Source: Escherichia phage DT57C
Sequence record: NC_027356.1
Reading direction: 5' to 3' (one strand)
DNA length: 64,000 nt
The translations under genes were made by a program, and so were the position numbers. Under the pieces are notes generated by a model. The model saw only the letters and a list, made by a program, of their open reading frames with translations. It did no database searches and was not told the origin of the DNA. Of this stretch, positions 18,439 through 27,463 are shown one piece after another (within the stretch, counting starts at the first letter, position 1; each line of letters starts with the position of its first letter).

Positions 18439-19118
18439 ATTGACCTACCTAAAGATCTCTGTTGTGGGGAACAGAGCTTTGCTAAATATTCCTTGAACTG
18501 TTCAGAATCAGCTGTATCTACCGGATTATCTTTCCAAGCAATACCAATGTACCCAGCATAGATATTTTTTAGATTGAAGTATGGACAAGTGTATATGTAC
18601 TTAAAAGTAACGTTTTTAAACGCTGGTATATTTAACCCCATATATTTATTTACTCTTACCCTTAAATCCGATACGTAGTTAAAGCCCTCTAAATGACGTC
18701 TATATAATTCAGACGTTTTATTTACCGCTTTATCGGCCAAGTCAGCCCTATCTAATTGCGCATTACTTTCCCATGCAATAATATTGGAATAATCATTGAT
18801 AGCATCTGGTTTATACTTGACTACAAAAACAGCATCTGCACCCGTCTGAGAGAAGAGAACCATGCTCTTTTCCCTCGCCACATTAGGGAAGTTATCTATC
18901 CTCTGGGTTTGTAAATCTTGTAAAACTGCAGACGTGGAAAAAGTCTTTAAGAATGACATCACTTCACTGGTATGACTAACAAATAAGAAAATAATGACAG
19001 CAACTAAGATAGTTAGCAGACGTTTAAGAAGCGATGCTGGGTCTTTCGCTTCTTGGAGCAGTACTGTTAATAATTGTAAGAACTTTTCCAATTTGTAACC
19101 TCCTCTAACCATTACCAT
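18435..19118 (-). CDS. Putative holin / membrane protein upstream of endolysin
   Basis: 227-aa ORF with TM segment, position immediately 5' of endolysin. Confidence 0.5.
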   Translation of the reverse strand: MVMVRGGYKLEKFLQLLTVLLQEAKDPASLLKRLLTILVAVIIFLFVSHTSEVMSFLKTFSTSAVLQDLQTQRIDNFPNVAREKSMVLFSQTGADAVFVVKYKPDAINDYSNIIAWESNAQLDRADLADKAVNKTSELYRRHLEGFNYVSDLRVRVNKYMGLNIPAFKNVTFKYIYTCPYFNLKNIYAGYIGIAWKDNPVDTADSEQFKEYLAKLCSPQQRSLGRSI

Positions 19119-19248
19119 TATACTAATTTTGGAGGAAAATTACAATGTGTTTTTAAAGATTTTCTTTGGAGCACAAAATTATGTCGTTGTCAAGAAGAAT
19201 TTTAGATAAAAGAAAAGCCAGAGTCGTTAAACCCTGGCTTAAAATTAC

Positions 19249-19848
19249 TTACTCTTCGTTGTGCTCCTCGGATTGAGGTAACTGAGCTTTATTATATTGC
19301 TCAGATCGATATTTTGCCAAGATTTCAATACGCTTATGGATTTCCTCGCTATCTAGATAGATGTTTTTGTTGTCTTTTACCATCTCGTCGATTTCATCTA
19401 TTGAGAAGAACGGATAGTAGACATCTAGCATCATATCTTCTACGAACTTATTGTAAGATTCATAGGCTTTCTTGATTTCTTGACCTTTCTCACAGAACCC
19501 GCCAGAGAACGTGTGTCCCATTAGTGTAGCATGTGGATGTACTACCCATCCATGACAAGATAAGAAAATTGTGCAGTAAGCAGAAGCACTAGGACCAATC
19601 AGGTGTCCTATAACTGTTCCACGGCAATTAGCAATTAAGTTAGATAACTGTGCAGCGGTATCAACATAGCCACCAGGGCCATTAATCATCAGATTAATTT
19701 CGTCGTCCTCATTTGCCTGCATAAGTACCATTGATAAATCACGGTATTCATCCGGCGGACCTAGTTCTTCATCAAAGAAAAAGGTATACTCGTTAGATTG
19801 GCGAATGGAGTGAAACAGGTTAGTCTTTTCTTCTTTTTTATTAGTCAT
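19249..19848 (-). CDS. ClpP-like serine peptidase (S14 family)
   Basis: 199-aa ORF; GPSASA Ser-nucleophile-like motif and overall ClpP-like pattern. Confidence 0.45.
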   Translation of the reverse strand: MTNKKEEKTNLFHSIRQSNEYTFFFDEELGPPDEYRDLSMVLMQANEDDEINLMINGPGGYVDTAAQLSNLIANCRGTVIGHLIGPSASAYCTIFLSCHGWVVHPHATLMGHTFSGGFCEKGQEIKKAYESYNKFVEDMMLDVYYPFFSIDEIDEMVKDNKNIYLDSEEIHKRIEILAKYRSEQYNKAQLPQSEEHNEE

Positions 19849-19860
19849 AGCAATCCTTGA

Positions 19861-20613
19861 TTATCCAACTAGTGGTTCTAGCTCTAAGTCACAGAAGTTA
19901 TATACTTCTAGTTTAAGGTTATTGATACCATTGAATTTATTAACTAATTCGTGAGTAATATATTTTGCAGGAATACCACTTTCAGATGAATGATCTGATT
20001 TAATAGTGAACTTCTGCTCAGCGGGCACTATATTTACTAGTAAAGAATCCATATCTAAATGGTTCGTTTCTCTGAGTAACTCTCCTTCATTGGGGAATCT
20101 CACATCTGTTACTACGGCGACATCTGGGTCATCTTTAGCGATGGATTGCTCCAGAATTATAAGCCAAATGCGTTCATGTACCAGCTGCCTTCCTAGCTCT
20201 GTTCCTACGAGCTGTAACATTTTTCTTGGAGAAATAAATAAACTATAAAGTCCGTCTTCTTTATTCTCTGAGATAAGTTGTTGAGGATTAAGATATTTTT
20301 TCTCAAAAATCGGCCAAACGTACGAGAAGTCTTCAAACTTATCAATACCGTATTTAGACCATACATCTCTAGCTCGCTCCAATTGAGATTGTGTGATCGT
20401 AAACCATTGGTCAATCTCTTTTCCTCTGCGCTCTCCTAGAAACTCTGGAGTTACACCGAGGATTACGGATGCAAGTTCATAAACGGGCTTAGCAAAACTA
20501 TAACGACGGGGTAAACACGTTGGATACATATCATTACACCAGTCGATAATTAATTTTGCAACAGTGTCTTTTCCAGAACCAGCCCCGCCATGTAAACCTA
20601 CTAATACTGACAT
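19861..20613 (-). CDS. Deoxynucleoside monophosphate kinase
   Basis: 250-aa ORF; P-loop GGAGSGKDT at N-terminus. Confidence 0.6.
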   Translation of the reverse strand: MSVLVGLHGGAGSGKDTVAKLIIDWCNDMYPTCLPRRYSFAKPVYELASVILGVTPEFLGERRGKEIDQWFTITQSQLERARDVWSKYGIDKFEDFSYVWPIFEKKYLNPQQLISENKEDGLYSLFISPRKMLQLVGTELGRQLVHERIWLIILEQSIAKDDPDVAVVTDVRFPNEGELLRETNHLDMDSLLVNIVPAEQKFTIKSDHSSESGIPAKYITHELVNKFNGINNLKLEVYNFCDLELEPLVG

Positions 20614-20966
20614 TAATCTTTCCTATTGTTAATTGGTGGATAGTAAACTAAGCAACGTTTTTCTTGTAAATCTTGGCGGTAGAAGCAAACCATACTAGTT
20701 AATCGTGAGATATATGAATATTCTGCCTCCCGGCATTTTGCTAACATATTCCAATCTTTATAGGGTACAACAACTACTACGCCATCTTCGCCATTTGTAG
20801 CTAATTTCTTTTCGAATTTGAAATCAAAGCTACAAGGCTGAAGTCCTTTAGGCCAATCTACGTGAGCTGTTGGTAGCTCATGTGACGGCTCTGGTACTAC
20901 CGTTTCTGCACAGCCTGTGATTGTGATTGCGGCTGCGAGCAGTATTCCACGCTTCCAGAAAGACAT
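20613..20966 (-). CDS. Lipoprotein; candidate o-spanin
   Basis: 117-aa ORF; signal peptide with lipobox ITGC; 5' end overlaps preceding TM/coiled-coil ORF. Confidence 0.4.
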   Translation of the reverse strand: MSFWKRGILLAAAITITGCAETVVPEPSHELPTAHVDWPKGLQPCSFDFKFEKKLATNGEDGVVVVVPYKDWNMLAKCREAEYSYISRLTSMVCFYRQDLQEKRCLVYYPPINNRKD

Positions 20967-21340
20967 GCTAATCTCTCCTCAAATTCTTTACTCTGCTTTT
21001 TAGCAATTAATGTAACCAATCCAGGCTTTGCAGCGATAATATCTTGACGACTAAGTGCTTTATCAAGCTGACTAATTTTCTTGTCTAGATCTGCTTGCGA
21101 AACATTATTCATAGTGAAATACTGATTCATTCTAGTCTCACGAAGTTCACTCTCAGCCCTCACATTATTAAGGGAGGTTTCTAGAGTAGAGATCTTTTTA
21201 GTAGCTACTGCAAGATCACCTGATAGAGTCTCAACCTTATTAAGTAAGTGATAAGCACCGAATCCGATGCCTATCGCTAGACCTGCTCCCAGGATAAACC
21301 ATTTACCTTGCCATAGAGAACTAATAAAGTTTTTTATCAT
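20897..21340 (-). CDS. N-terminal TM + coiled-coil protein; candidate i-spanin
   Basis: 147-aa ORF; architecture and overlap with lipoprotein gene typical of spanin pairs. Confidence 0.4.
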   Translation of the reverse strand: MIKNFISSLWQGKWFILGAGLAIGIGFGAYHLLNKVETLSGDLAVATKKISTLETSLNNVRAESELRETRMNQYFTMNNVSQADLDKKISQLDKALSRQDIIAAKPGLVTLIAKKQSKEFEERLACLSGSVEYCSQPQSQSQAVQKR

Positions 21341-22017
21341 CTTTTCATATTCCTAAAAGAAGTAACAGTATCAAATCCATGTGCTGCTAGGCGGTCTTTA
21401 TCTGATACAGTAATCATATCAGGCTCACCAGTACCTAGTACTCCCCAAATATACTGTTCTATAACCTGATGTAAACGGTATAGGTTAGGTTCCACACTCT
21501 GCCACGGAATACCTGATAGGTGTAGACGCGGATTAGTTATAACCTTGAAGTATTTATTGTTATCTTTATCATTTGGAACTAATGAATCTAGAATCGCTAA
21601 CGGTACTCTTATCTCAGATAATGCTTCTTTAGCTTTCGGGGTAACTTCCTCTTGCCATGCTAGGATAGACTCTTTTGGCTTCTCCCTATTTATGTCTAGT
21701 AAAGAAAATCCTGCTGACCATCCATTCTCCTCCAGAATTTCTAATGCTTCATCCAGACTGAAGGTTTTTACTTGGGTATCCAGTACATCAATGTGGTATA
21801 ACCAGTAAATCTCTCCAGCTAGGAAGAAAGGCAAAATTTTAAAGTAGCCAATCTTTCCCTCAATACGAGCGACCATACGTTCCTGCATGATCATATAGTT
21901 GCCATCATCTGGGGCTTTTATTGTTAGCTCTTCAGTTTTACGCTCCCAAACACGATCTGAGTCAAATAAACTGTTCTGCAAATCATACACATCTGCAAAT
22001 TTAGAAATGATTCTCAT
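21337..22017 (-). CDS. Hypothetical protein
   Basis: 226-aa ORF directly downstream of early promoter. Confidence 0.55.
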   Translation of the reverse strand: MRIISKFADVYDLQNSLFDSDRVWERKTEELTIKAPDDGNYMIMQERMVARIEGKIGYFKILPFFLAGEIYWLYHIDVLDTQVKTFSLDEALEILEENGWSAGFSLLDINREKPKESILAWQEEVTPKAKEALSEIRVPLAILDSLVPNDKDNNKYFKVITNPRLHLSGIPWQSVEPNLYRLHQVIEQYIWGVLGTGEPDMITVSDKDRLAAHGFDTVTSFRNMKR

Positions 22018-22048
22018 ATTTAATCCTCTTGCCTCAATCTATGAATAT

Positions 22049-22077
22049 ATTATACAAAAGTTTGGGCATCTATGCAA
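22049..22077 (-). promoter_or_regulatory. Sigma70-type early promoter (TTGCAT-17-TATAAT)
   Basis: -10 22049-22054, -35 22072-22077. Confidence 0.55.
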
Positions 22078-22098
22078 CTAAAATTTTATCACAAAAAT

Positions 22099-22127
22099 AG
22101 CCCAGTCGCAAAAGTGCAAGCTGGGCT
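22099..22127 (-). terminator. Rho-independent terminator (agcccag...ctgggct)
   Basis: 7-bp stem, T-rich tail on minus strand. Confidence 0.5.
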
Positions 22128-22171
22128 TTGTCATTATTTGCTTTTGCTAGTAAGTTGACTTAGAGTCAATC

Positions 22172-22552
22172 TTATGTAATATTAGTTTCTCTAGCTTTGC
22201 GTAGTACCCCTGCATTTCTCCATAATTTGATATTAGCAACTGTTTCTTTATACGGAGCAATAGTAGAACCAATTGGGCCAGCAATTAATAACCCCAAGAA
22301 CCCTATAATACGTAGGTAGAATAAACATTCTTTGGCTGTCAGTTTCTCTATTGCCTTTTTCTGTTTTTCATCCTTAAATTCACGTTCCTGATCATCAATA
22401 CGAAGGTGTTTAATGAACCATTCAGCAGAATATTCATCTAAGTGTCTAAGTATGGCTACTGCATACCCAGCACCAATTAAAAACCAGGTGGTAATAAGAA
22501 TTAATACTATAGTCATATCATCTCCAGTTAGGGCTAGCAGCCACCTCACCAC
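22172..22552 (-). CDS. Membrane protein
   Basis: 126-aa ORF with TM helices. Confidence 0.5.
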   Translation of the reverse strand: MVRWLLALTGDDMTIVLILITTWFLIGAGYAVAILRHLDEYSAEWFIKHLRIDDQEREFKDEKQKKAIEKLTAKECLFYLRIIGFLGLLIAGPIGSTIAPYKETVANIKLWRNAGVLRKARETNIT

Positions 22553-22626
22553 TCACCGCACTAAGGGGCACGACTCCCTTATCCGTAACAGTTGCAGGTG
22601 ACGCAACTCGGTCCTACGCGAGTTCT

Positions 22627-22911
22627 TTACTTCCCAAAGTATTTAGCTTTGAGTTGTTTCATCTTGCGGGTTTTACGATAGAATCCGTAGAGAGCTACTG
22701 GCCCCAATAATGTGTCAATTATAATAAACATCGCTAGGGCGATCTTGTATCCCTTTTCCGCACCAAAGAAGATTAAGGTATCTGGGGAAGTTCGCCACAG
22801 ATGCTCTAATAATACAGCCTTGTTTTTCGAGAAGAACACATCGTCAACACAGCTGTAAATCGCAACGACTGCACCAATGACGAACCAAAGAGCAAATGGA
22901 GAGATAATCAT
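22627..22911 (-). CDS. Membrane protein
   Basis: 94-aa ORF with TM helices. Confidence 0.45.
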   Translation of the reverse strand: MIISPFALWFVIGAVVAIYSCVDDVFFSKNKAVLLEHLWRTSPDTLIFFGAEKGYKIALAMFIIIDTLLGPVALYGFYRKTRKMKQLKAKYFGK

Positions 22912-23064
22912 CTCAGATCCTTTTCATTAATTAGAATATCAGTAAACAGAGGGGCAAATTCTAAACTCATAGTAGGTCCAAATGTTTTCATAACTACAGA
23001 GTAATCATGCCATCTTTAATTTCTAGATCATATATCAGCAATTCTTTTAACCTTTCTTGTGTAA

Positions 23065-23472
23065 TCATTCTTCCACCTCAATATCACAATCGTAACGACA
23101 AGTAAAAGAACTAGAGCTATTAGTACGTTGAGTAGTTATCTCACCACGTTTGCTAACAGTAACAGCCGGAGTAGAGAAGTTTTTGTTAGTATATATCTCT
23201 ACTTTACCATTACGTTCTTTAACATCACGAACTTTACCATATTCGGTAATAATGCCGTTCTGTTGTATCCTAACACTACCGTTTTTCATAAAAACTTTGG
23301 TAGATGCTAGAGAACCGAAACTAACTGCGGAGATCATCAGTGCAATAATAAACTTATTCATCTTCATCCCCCCCACTACAATCACGACATACATCATAAT
23401 CGTTGAAGGAATGTTCGTGAGCTTCACACCACCAGGAGCAGGAATCACAGAGGAATATTTCTGTTTTCTCAA
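23065..23472 (-). CDS. Secreted/periplasmic protein (signal peptide after internal Met)
   Basis: 135-aa ORF; MNKFIIALMISAVSFGSLAST signal-like segment. Confidence 0.45.
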   Translation of the reverse strand: MRKQKYSSVIPAPGGVKLTNIPSTIMMYVVIVVGGMKMNKFIIALMISAVSFGSLASTKVFMKNGSVRIQQNGIITEYGKVRDVKERNGKVEIYTNKNFSTPAVTVSKRGEITTQRTNSSSSFTCRYDCDIEVEE

Positions 23473-23635
23473 GTGCTTGACCTAAAAGATCATCAGCTTC
23501 ATCAGCAGTAATCTTCAATCCACATACATCTGCCACACGTTCTTTGATTAAGCGACCTGCTTCATGGTAAGACATACAGGTTCCAACAACACTATGCTCG
23601 ACAACGTGAATAGCACAGTCTAGACGATTTTTCAT
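23354..23635 (-). CDS. Cys-rich acidic protein (putative Zn-binding)
   Basis: 93-aa ORF; CxxC-type Cys pairs; downstream of early promoter. Confidence 0.5.
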   Translation of the reverse strand: MKNRLDCAIHVVEHSVVGTCMSYHEAGRLIKERVADVCGLKITADEADDLLGQALEKTEIFLCDSCSWWCEAHEHSFNDYDVCRDCSGGDEDE

Positions 23636-23664
23636 TTCAAACCCCTCTCATCAATTTATATAAA

Positions 23665-23693
23665 TATTATAACAAGAAAAGAGAGGTTTAGCA
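23665..23693 (-). promoter_or_regulatory. Sigma70-type early promoter (TTGCTA-17-TATAAT)
   Basis: -10 23665-23670, -35 23688-23693. Confidence 0.6.
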
Positions 23694-23711
23694 AATGAAT
23701 TATTTCAGAAG

Positions 23712-24059
23712 TTAATCATATGCCCACCATAACCCACGCTTACGCATGTCATGATCGCGATTATAGTCGTAATTTTCTGGATCTTTCATCACGCGGTGGA
23801 GTTCTTGACGATTCCCTTGACGAACCATTTTATTAGAATGCCACTTAACATTCTTACTAACAGAATTCCAGTTATAACCATCCTTTTTCTCATTACGAAT
23901 GGTTGCTTCTTCCATTTCCTGTTCTACCACATCCCAGGATTTAGCATAAGTAACACGAATCCAGCAGCCACTTGCTTTGAGGAAAGTATATCCCTGGGTG
24001 TAATTAGCTTTAGACTTCCACCACTGATCACCAGATTGTTTGCGATAAGTACGGCTCAT
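23712..24059 (-). CDS. Hypothetical Trp-rich protein
   Basis: 115-aa ORF. Confidence 0.5.
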   Translation of the reverse strand: MSRTYRKQSGDQWWKSKANYTQGYTFLKASGCWIRVTYAKSWDVVEQEMEEATIRNEKKDGYNWNSVSKNVKWHSNKMVRQGNRQELHRVMKDPENYDYNRDHDMRKRGLWWAYD

Positions 24060-24138
24060 ATTACCTCCATTAAGTCTTTTGAATTAACCTAATGTGGATG
24101 AATTTTATTATACATAAATTATTTACCTGTATACAGAA

Positions 24139-24172
24139 AAACCCCAGACTACTTATTCAATAGCTGGGGTTT
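24139..24172 (-). terminator. Rho-independent terminator (aaaccccag...ctggggttt)
   Basis: GC stem with T-rich tail on minus strand. Confidence 0.5.
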
Positions 24173-24180
24173 GTTATTAA

Positions 24181-24495
24181 TCACAGATCGGGGTACTTAT
24201 CTTCTAAACAGTCCGAGCTAATATATTCTTCGAGTCCTACAAAGCCATCAAATTCATCATTTGAAATATCCGTAATCAGTGCTTCCATTTTCCTAATTTC
24301 CGAGGTTTTCATGCCTGCTTTACTATTCTTAAAGTATTTGCGAGGATTCCCGCACATCCAACAAGAACAGATGCAAGGAGTAGTAGCGATAATACCTAAC
24401 CGCGTAGGACTTTCTTCATGAGGGAAGACTGTCCAATACTTCTTGCGGTTGTTCTTTACACGTTGCCGGTGATGACGTCTTAATGCTCGATCCAC
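24181..24495 (-). CDS. Cys-rich basic protein
   Basis: 104-aa ORF. Confidence 0.45.
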   Translation of the reverse strand: MDRALRRHHRQRVKNNRKKYWTVFPHEESPTRLGIIATTPCICSCWMCGNPRKYFKNSKAGMKTSEIRKMEALITDISNDEFDGFVGLEEYISSDCLEDKYPDL

Positions 24496-24576
24496 ACATT
24501 TCTCCTAAAACTTGGGAGATAAATGGAGTTTGCTCGACTACCTTACGTAGTTCGTAGAAACCGTATCCAAGCCCCA

Positions 24577-25020
24577 TTACATCGCCTGAGTAAATGTACG
24601 ACTAATAACATCGTTCTGCTGTTCACGCGTCAGTGCGTTAAAACGTACAGCGTACCCTGAAACACGGATAGTTAATTGAGGGTATTTTTCAGGATGTTTC
24701 TGTGCATCCAAAAGCTGATCACGACTTAACACATTGACATTTAGGTGTTGACCCCCTTCAATTTGAGGGGCGACTTCCACCTTGACTTCACGAAAGGATT
24801 CAGAGTCAAAGTGAGGTGTGATACCTTCTAGATCTTCAACTAGAACTTTCTGCTTAAGTTCGCCATCTTTAGAGTACAGTTGAATAATCTGATTATTATG
24901 AACAATATTAATCACGCCAGATTTAAGATTTTGATATGCTTTCATTAGCTCTCCTGTTTGGTAGTTAGTATTGGATTTGAACCACTGTAGTCGCTCCGTA
25001 TGAAGGAGGTGCATAACCAC
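24577..25020 (-). CDS. Autonomous glycyl radical cofactor (GrcA/YfiD-like)
   Basis: 147-aa ORF; C-terminus [29 protein letters not shown] closely matches the glycyl-radical domain of E. coli GrcA/PflB as recalled. Confidence 0.8.
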   Translation of the reverse strand: MVMHLLHTERLQWFKSNTNYQTGELMKAYQNLKSGVINIVHNNQIIQLYSKDGELKQKVLVEDLEGITPHFDSESFREVKVEVAPQIEGGQHLNVNVLSRDQLLDAQKHPEKYPQLTIRVSGYAVRFNALTREQQNDVISRTFTQAM

Positions 25021-25220
25021 TATGCCAACTAACTATTATGTTTTACTAGACTAAGTAAGTATTCTTTATACTCTTTAGACCAGCTAGCTTTTTTAAACTT
25101 TCCTGGACGCATAGTCTTAATTCCTAGATTTGGTACTCCGGGAGGGATTTAACCCTGATCTCTCGGTTATCCGCCGAGTGCTTTGGATCGCTAAGCTACC
25201 GAAGCATTAAAATATTTACA

Positions 25221-25511
25221 TCACACACTGTCTAAGTAAGAAGTATAATGGAATTTAGTTTCTCCAGTCTTATCTACTTCTACCTCAGTTCGTGGTACTT
25301 GACGAACCACACCATGAATCATCTTATAGCGAATGCCTTTAGCTGGTTCATGATCTTTTGGAAATACTTGTTTAACCGTTACTACTTTATATCCTTCACG
25401 CGGTGTTAACACTACTACTTGATCCCCCTCTTTGATTTTCCAAGAGGGTGGAAATTCATAGGTGTATCTTTGGCCACCAATTTGTAATACTACAGAAAGA
25501 TAACGTTTCAT
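25221..25511 (-). CDS. Hypothetical protein
   Basis: 96-aa ORF directly downstream of early promoter. Confidence 0.5.
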   Translation of the reverse strand: MKRYLSVVLQIGGQRYTYEFPPSWKIKEGDQVVVLTPREGYKVVTVKQVFPKDHEPAKGIRYKMIHGVVRQVPRTEVEVDKTGETKFHYTSYLDSV

Positions 25512-25541
25512 TTGGTTTCCCTCTCATTAATTTATATAAAT

Positions 25542-25570
25542 ATTATAGCAATAAATAAGAGAGAAAGCAA
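25542..25570 (-). promoter_or_regulatory. Sigma70-type early promoter
   Basis: -10 25542-25547, -35 25565-25570 (TTGCTT). Confidence 0.6.
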
Positions 25571-25585
25571 ATGAATTTTTAAATT

Positions 25586-25660
25586 TGGTGCGGGATACGA
25601 GAGTCGAACTCGTGTCTACTGGTTGGAAGCCAGTTATTCTAGCCGCTGAACTAATCACGC
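25586..25660 (-). tRNA. tRNA, probable tRNA-Gly (anticodon UCC)
   Basis: By-eye cloverleaf: T-arm ACGAG-TTCGACT-CTCGT, acceptor with 1 mismatch, 3' CCA encoded. Confidence 0.45.
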
Positions 25661-25671
25661 ATTAATTTGGC

Positions 25672-25749
25672 TGGCAGGGGATATTGGATTTGAACCAATG
25701 ATCTCGACTTCAAATGCCGTAGCTTTAGGCCAAGCTAAGCTAATCCCCA
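25672..25749 (-). tRNA. tRNA, probable tRNA-Gln (anticodon UUG)
   Basis: T-loop TTCAAAT, U8, U33; 1:72 U-U mismatch. Confidence 0.45.
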
Positions 25750-25755
25750 ATTGTT

Positions 25756-25831
25756 TGGCAGAAGGTAGTGGATTTGAACCACTGATCAGGATTTCAGAGA
25801 CCCCGGCCTTAACCGACTTGGCTCAGGTTCT
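25756..25831 (-). tRNA. tRNA-like, possibly tRNA-Gln (CUG); acceptor stem imperfect
   Basis: Good T-arm and anticodon arm (CU-CUG-AA), two C-C mismatches in acceptor; overlaps 3' end of ORF 25786-25995. Confidence 0.3.
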
Positions 25832-25995
25832 TCAAGGCGCTTACCTTCATGATCTACTCGAATGACTCCGCATCCTTCGCAAACCACAACTGCACCATAA
25901 CCTTCTTTGACTTCGGCTTCTGTAATTAGACCAGATAAGTCACCAGTATCTCTGCCCCACATATCAATGGAGCATTGTTTGCAGAAATCAGCCAT
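25786..25995 (-). CDS. Small Zn-ribbon protein (CxxC...CxxC)
   Basis: 69-aa ORF; two CxxC pairs; C-terminal codons overlap tRNA-like sequence. Confidence 0.4.
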   Translation of the reverse strand: MADFCKQCSIDMWGRDTGDLSGLITEAEVKEGYGAVVVCEGCGVIRVDHEGKRLEEPEPSRLRPGSLKS

Positions 25996-25997
25996 AA

Positions 25998-26225
25998 TTA
26001 ATCCTTATTACAAGTGGTAGAGAGGATGGTACGATCGGAGATCCAACCGCCAGTGTAAGCACCATTGACTTTATATTCAGTCAAAGTACCGTGACCACGA
26101 ATAGCGAAAACTGTTAGGGTTTTCGTGCCCCCATAACCATCTTTAACAGTTACGGTACAATCTAATGATGTGCCGATAGTGCAGCCAGCTAAAGTCAGAG
26201 CAGCAATCAATACTAAGTATTTCAT
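25998..26225 (-). CDS. Small lipoprotein
   Basis: 75-aa ORF; signal peptide with lipobox LAGC. Confidence 0.45.
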   Translation of the reverse strand: MKYLVLIAALTLAGCTIGTSLDCTVTVKDGYGGTKTLTVFAIRGHGTLTEYKVNGAYTGGWISDRTILSTTCNKD

Positions 26226-26248
26226 GTTGTTATCCTTGTTAAGTTAAT

Positions 26249-26323
26249 TGGTGCATCCTCAGGGAATCGAACCCCAATCGTAAAGTTCGTGGCTTTACAT
26301 TCTTTCCATTGAAATAAGGACGC
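26249..26323 (-). tRNA. tRNA, probable tRNA-Arg (anticodon ACG)
   Basis: Acceptor 7/7 (with G-U), T-loop TTCGATT, anticodon loop CC-ACG-AA, CCA encoded. Confidence 0.5.
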
Positions 26324-26329
26324 AATATT

Positions 26330-26406
26330 TGGGGTGGCTAGTGGAATTCGAATCCACATAGGCCTGATTCACAATCAGGATCATTAACCAATTATGATAT
26401 AGCCAC
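26330..26406 (-). tRNA. tRNA, probable tRNA-His (anticodon GUG)
   Basis: Perfect acceptor GTGGCTA/TAGCCAC, T-loop TTCGAAT, anticodon loop TT-GTG-AA. Confidence 0.55.
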
Positions 26407-26630
26407 AATTGAAAACTCGCAGGGTTAGCGAAACCATCCTCAATTAGCATGTTCTAGAATACTAATCAAGTTATCTACTATTGCACGCAGCTCAAGACGA
26501 GTACGAATTTTCAATTGTGGCGGCTCTCAGAAACTCTTCTACTCTAGTCTTAGCAGCTTACTCCCGAACGCATGTCGGGGAAGTCTTACCAAGAGCATCA
26601 AATAGCACCGTTACACTTTGAGCCATTATT

Positions 26631-26725
26631 TGGAGGTAGGTAAGGGGATCGAACCCTTACACCGTATCACTACGATCAACCGATTTCAAGTCGGAGTCCA
26701 GCGCCAGCCGTTGGATTGACTTACC
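26631..26725 (-). tRNA. Long tRNA, probable tRNA-Ser (anticodon UGA)
   Basis: T-arm AAGGG-TTCGATC-CCCTT, long variable region, anticodon loop CU-UGA-AA. Confidence 0.4.
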
Positions 26726-26737
26726 ATATAAGTTGTT

Positions 26738-26829
26738 TGGCGGAAGAGGAGAGATTTGAACTCTCAAGCCGTTTTACCAGTCAGCCACTTTCCAAGCGGT
26801 TTTCGTCGCCAATTCGATTTGCTCTTCCA
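26738..26829 (-). tRNA. Long tRNA, probable tRNA-Ser (anticodon GGA)
   Basis: Perfect acceptor GGAAGAG/CTCTTCC, T-arm GAGAG-TTCAAAT-CTCTC, long variable arm. Confidence 0.5.
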
Positions 26830-26940
26830 ATAATAAGATGATGCCTCTATCACGCCAGGCAGTTACGCCTCGCTGGGATTCGAACCCATTAAAACAGCTC
26901 AACCGAGATAGTAGGTTTAATTTACTCTGACCATCAAATT

Positions 26941-27017
26941 TGGTGCGTGACAAGGGATTCGAACCCTCAAAACCCGACTTCTAGGGACGGTATGTATGCC
27001 AATTCCATCAATCACGC
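26941..27017 (-). tRNA. tRNA (anticodon uncertain, possibly UAG)
   Basis: Acceptor GCGTGAT/GTCACGC, T-loop TTCGAAT, CCA encoded. Confidence 0.45.
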
Positions 27018-27022
27018 GTATT

Positions 27023-27096
27023 TGGTGGAGAAAGAGGGAGTTGAACCCTCGTCTTCTGCGTGCAAAGCAGATGTTCTACCATTAAACTATATCCCC
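27023..27096 (-). tRNA. tRNA, probable tRNA-Ala (anticodon UGC)
   Basis: Perfect anticodon stem TCTGC/GCAGA with loop TT-TGC-AC, T-loop TTCAACT. Confidence 0.5.
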
Positions 27097-27334
27097 AAAT
27101 TCTTTAGTTTACTAAGGCTATTAGCTCGGCGTAACTATAGCACCTTCGCTTCGAGCGGAAGGAACTACGTCATCTCGCAAACCCGATACACTATTCAGTT
27201 GCCGCTGAATCTAGTGGACTAATCTAGAACCTCTCCCGAGTCATAGGGATCGTGCTTTTTGGCAGCCAGTCCTAGGTCGAGCTAATACCTTAGTGAACTA
27301 TGATGAGGATTTCTCCCCATCAATTTATATAAAT

Positions 27335-27363
27335 ATTATAACAAGAAATTAAGCATTAAGCAA
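27335..27363 (-). promoter_or_regulatory. Sigma70-type early promoter driving an ORF-free stretch
   Basis: -10 27335-27340, -35 27358-27363; downstream minus-strand sequence has only a 12-codon ORF. Confidence 0.55.
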
Positions 27364-27383
27364 ATGAGTTTTTTCTTGAAATT

Positions 27384-27460
27384 GGTAGCGGGTTCCAGTA
27401 CTGCCCTGGACTTACTTAGCTTATGAGACTAAGAAGAACTCTATGCCTTCCACCCGCAAT
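27384..27460 (-). tRNA. tRNA-like, possibly CAU anticodon (Met/Ile2); non-canonical T-loop
   Basis: Anticodon loop CU-CAU-AA with stem TTAGT/GCTAA; T-loop GGCAGTA atypical. Confidence 0.35.
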
Positions 27461-27463
27461 TAT

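Noticed and set aside
26860-26940. Additional tRNA suggested by a gggattcgaaccc T-loop-like motif
   Set aside because: No complementary acceptor strand could be found on either side; reported only as part of the uncertain tRNA-cluster finding
26947-27222. 91-aa plus-strand ORF inside the tRNA cluster
   Set aside because: Overlaps tRNA genes on the opposite strand, and all promoters here point leftward; likely spurious
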